Shown piece after piece: positions 63,445 through 64,000 of a stretch of DNA of 64,000 nt. The DNA is taken from the IMG/VR virus record IMGVR_UViG_3300035188_001379, positions 96,001 to 160,000 of that record; one strand, 5' to 3'. Both the position numbers and the translations under genes were made by a program. The notes under the pieces are model-generated. The model had not been told where the DNA came from. It did not search any database and worked only from the letters and a program-made list of their open reading frames with translations. The first letter of the stretch is position 1. Each line of letters opens with the position of its first letter. The DNA comes from a virus.

Positions 63445-64000
63445 ATGTCGACTGAAGATAAATATGTGTGGTGCCGTCCTATGGGAGGACTTAACGATAA
63501 TCTTTGCCAAATAGCGTATTGTGTAGCCTATTGCGAGAGTTATCATAGAACATTAGTTTTAAATGATATATGGGGAAGGTTGTTTGACTGGTCGTTGGGC
63601 CTGAAATTGGTTGAACCTCAGAATATCCGGATCATTAAAAAAACGCCTGACCTTTTTGAAAAGTTTAAAACATTAAGCTGTTTCCCTAAAGAGTTAGAGT
63701 TTAGCAATTTTGATTACAAAGCGAATACGTGTCTTATAACTAGAAAAATCTGCATTCAAGACACAGCTACACCTTTATGCTTTGATTTATCAAAAAAATA
63801 CGACGAGACTTTGCTGGTACATCAACAGTGCGGAGGAGGCGTGGAGTCGAGAAAAGCTCTGCAATATTTTCAAGTGAATGAAAACATTGCGGAACAAGTT
63901 CAAAGCTTGAGAAAACTTTACGGAGACTATACGGCAGTACATATAAGAAACACAGACTATATTTCCGATTATGTTGAGCTTTTACAGCAAGTTAATAGCG
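63445..64000 (+). CDS. fucosyltransferase-like (GT11/NodZ-type), runs off the window
   Basis: Own translation MSTEDKYVWCRPMGGLNDNLCQI...YTAVHIRNTDY; open to the end of the window. Confidence 0.7.
   Translation, partial: MSTEDKYVWCRPMGGLNDNLCQIAYCVAYCESYHRTLVLNDIWGRLFDWSLGLKLVEPQNIRIIKKTPDLFEKFKTLSCFPKELEFSNFDYKANTCLITRKICIQDTATPLCFDLSKKYDETLLVHQQCGGGVESRKALQYFQVNENIAEQVQSLRKLYGDYTAVHIRNTDYISDYVELLQQVNS

Overview
This window is a segment of a large lytic dsDNA phage genome (jumbo/huge-phage type, standard code 11). The DUF1501 pair and the absence of Shine-Dalgarno sites suggest a Planctomycetes/Verrucomicrobia-type host, which is an inference. Layout: (1) 1-17.7 kb, a tightly packed + strand run with RNA ligase, ThyX, metallophosphoesterase, ATP-dependent DNA ligase, a nucleotidyltransferase-like gene and about 40 small hypothetical genes. 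(2) 17.7-22.9 kb, a - strand block with a putative portal, a TraR/DksA-like Zn finger and a lysis cassette. (3) 23-31 kb, an Fn3 protein, a large phosphoesterase, three tRNAs, an array of promoter/hairpin-T(n)AGC cassettes and a ~460-nt highly structured non-coding RNA candidate in front of a Nudix gene. (4) 31.1-49.9 kb, modular proteins in which diverse enzyme and small domains (RelA/SpoT-like, acylphosphatase, P-loop kinase, zincin, GT-B, LRAT, EF-hand-like) are separated by a recurrent K-x-A motif and a GFVKRA module. Interspersed are a papain-like protease module, two Tat-signal DUF1501 genes and two endonucleases. (5) 49.9-60.3 kb, tail/fibre-like genes ending in a 2195-aa protein with beta-helix and LRR-like repeat blocks. 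(6) 60.4-64 kb, a glycosyl/sulfotransferase cluster. Best candidates for something new: the K-x-A punctuated 'cargo polyprotein' cluster and the large ncRNA. All family assignments come from motif recognition by eye; no searches were run.
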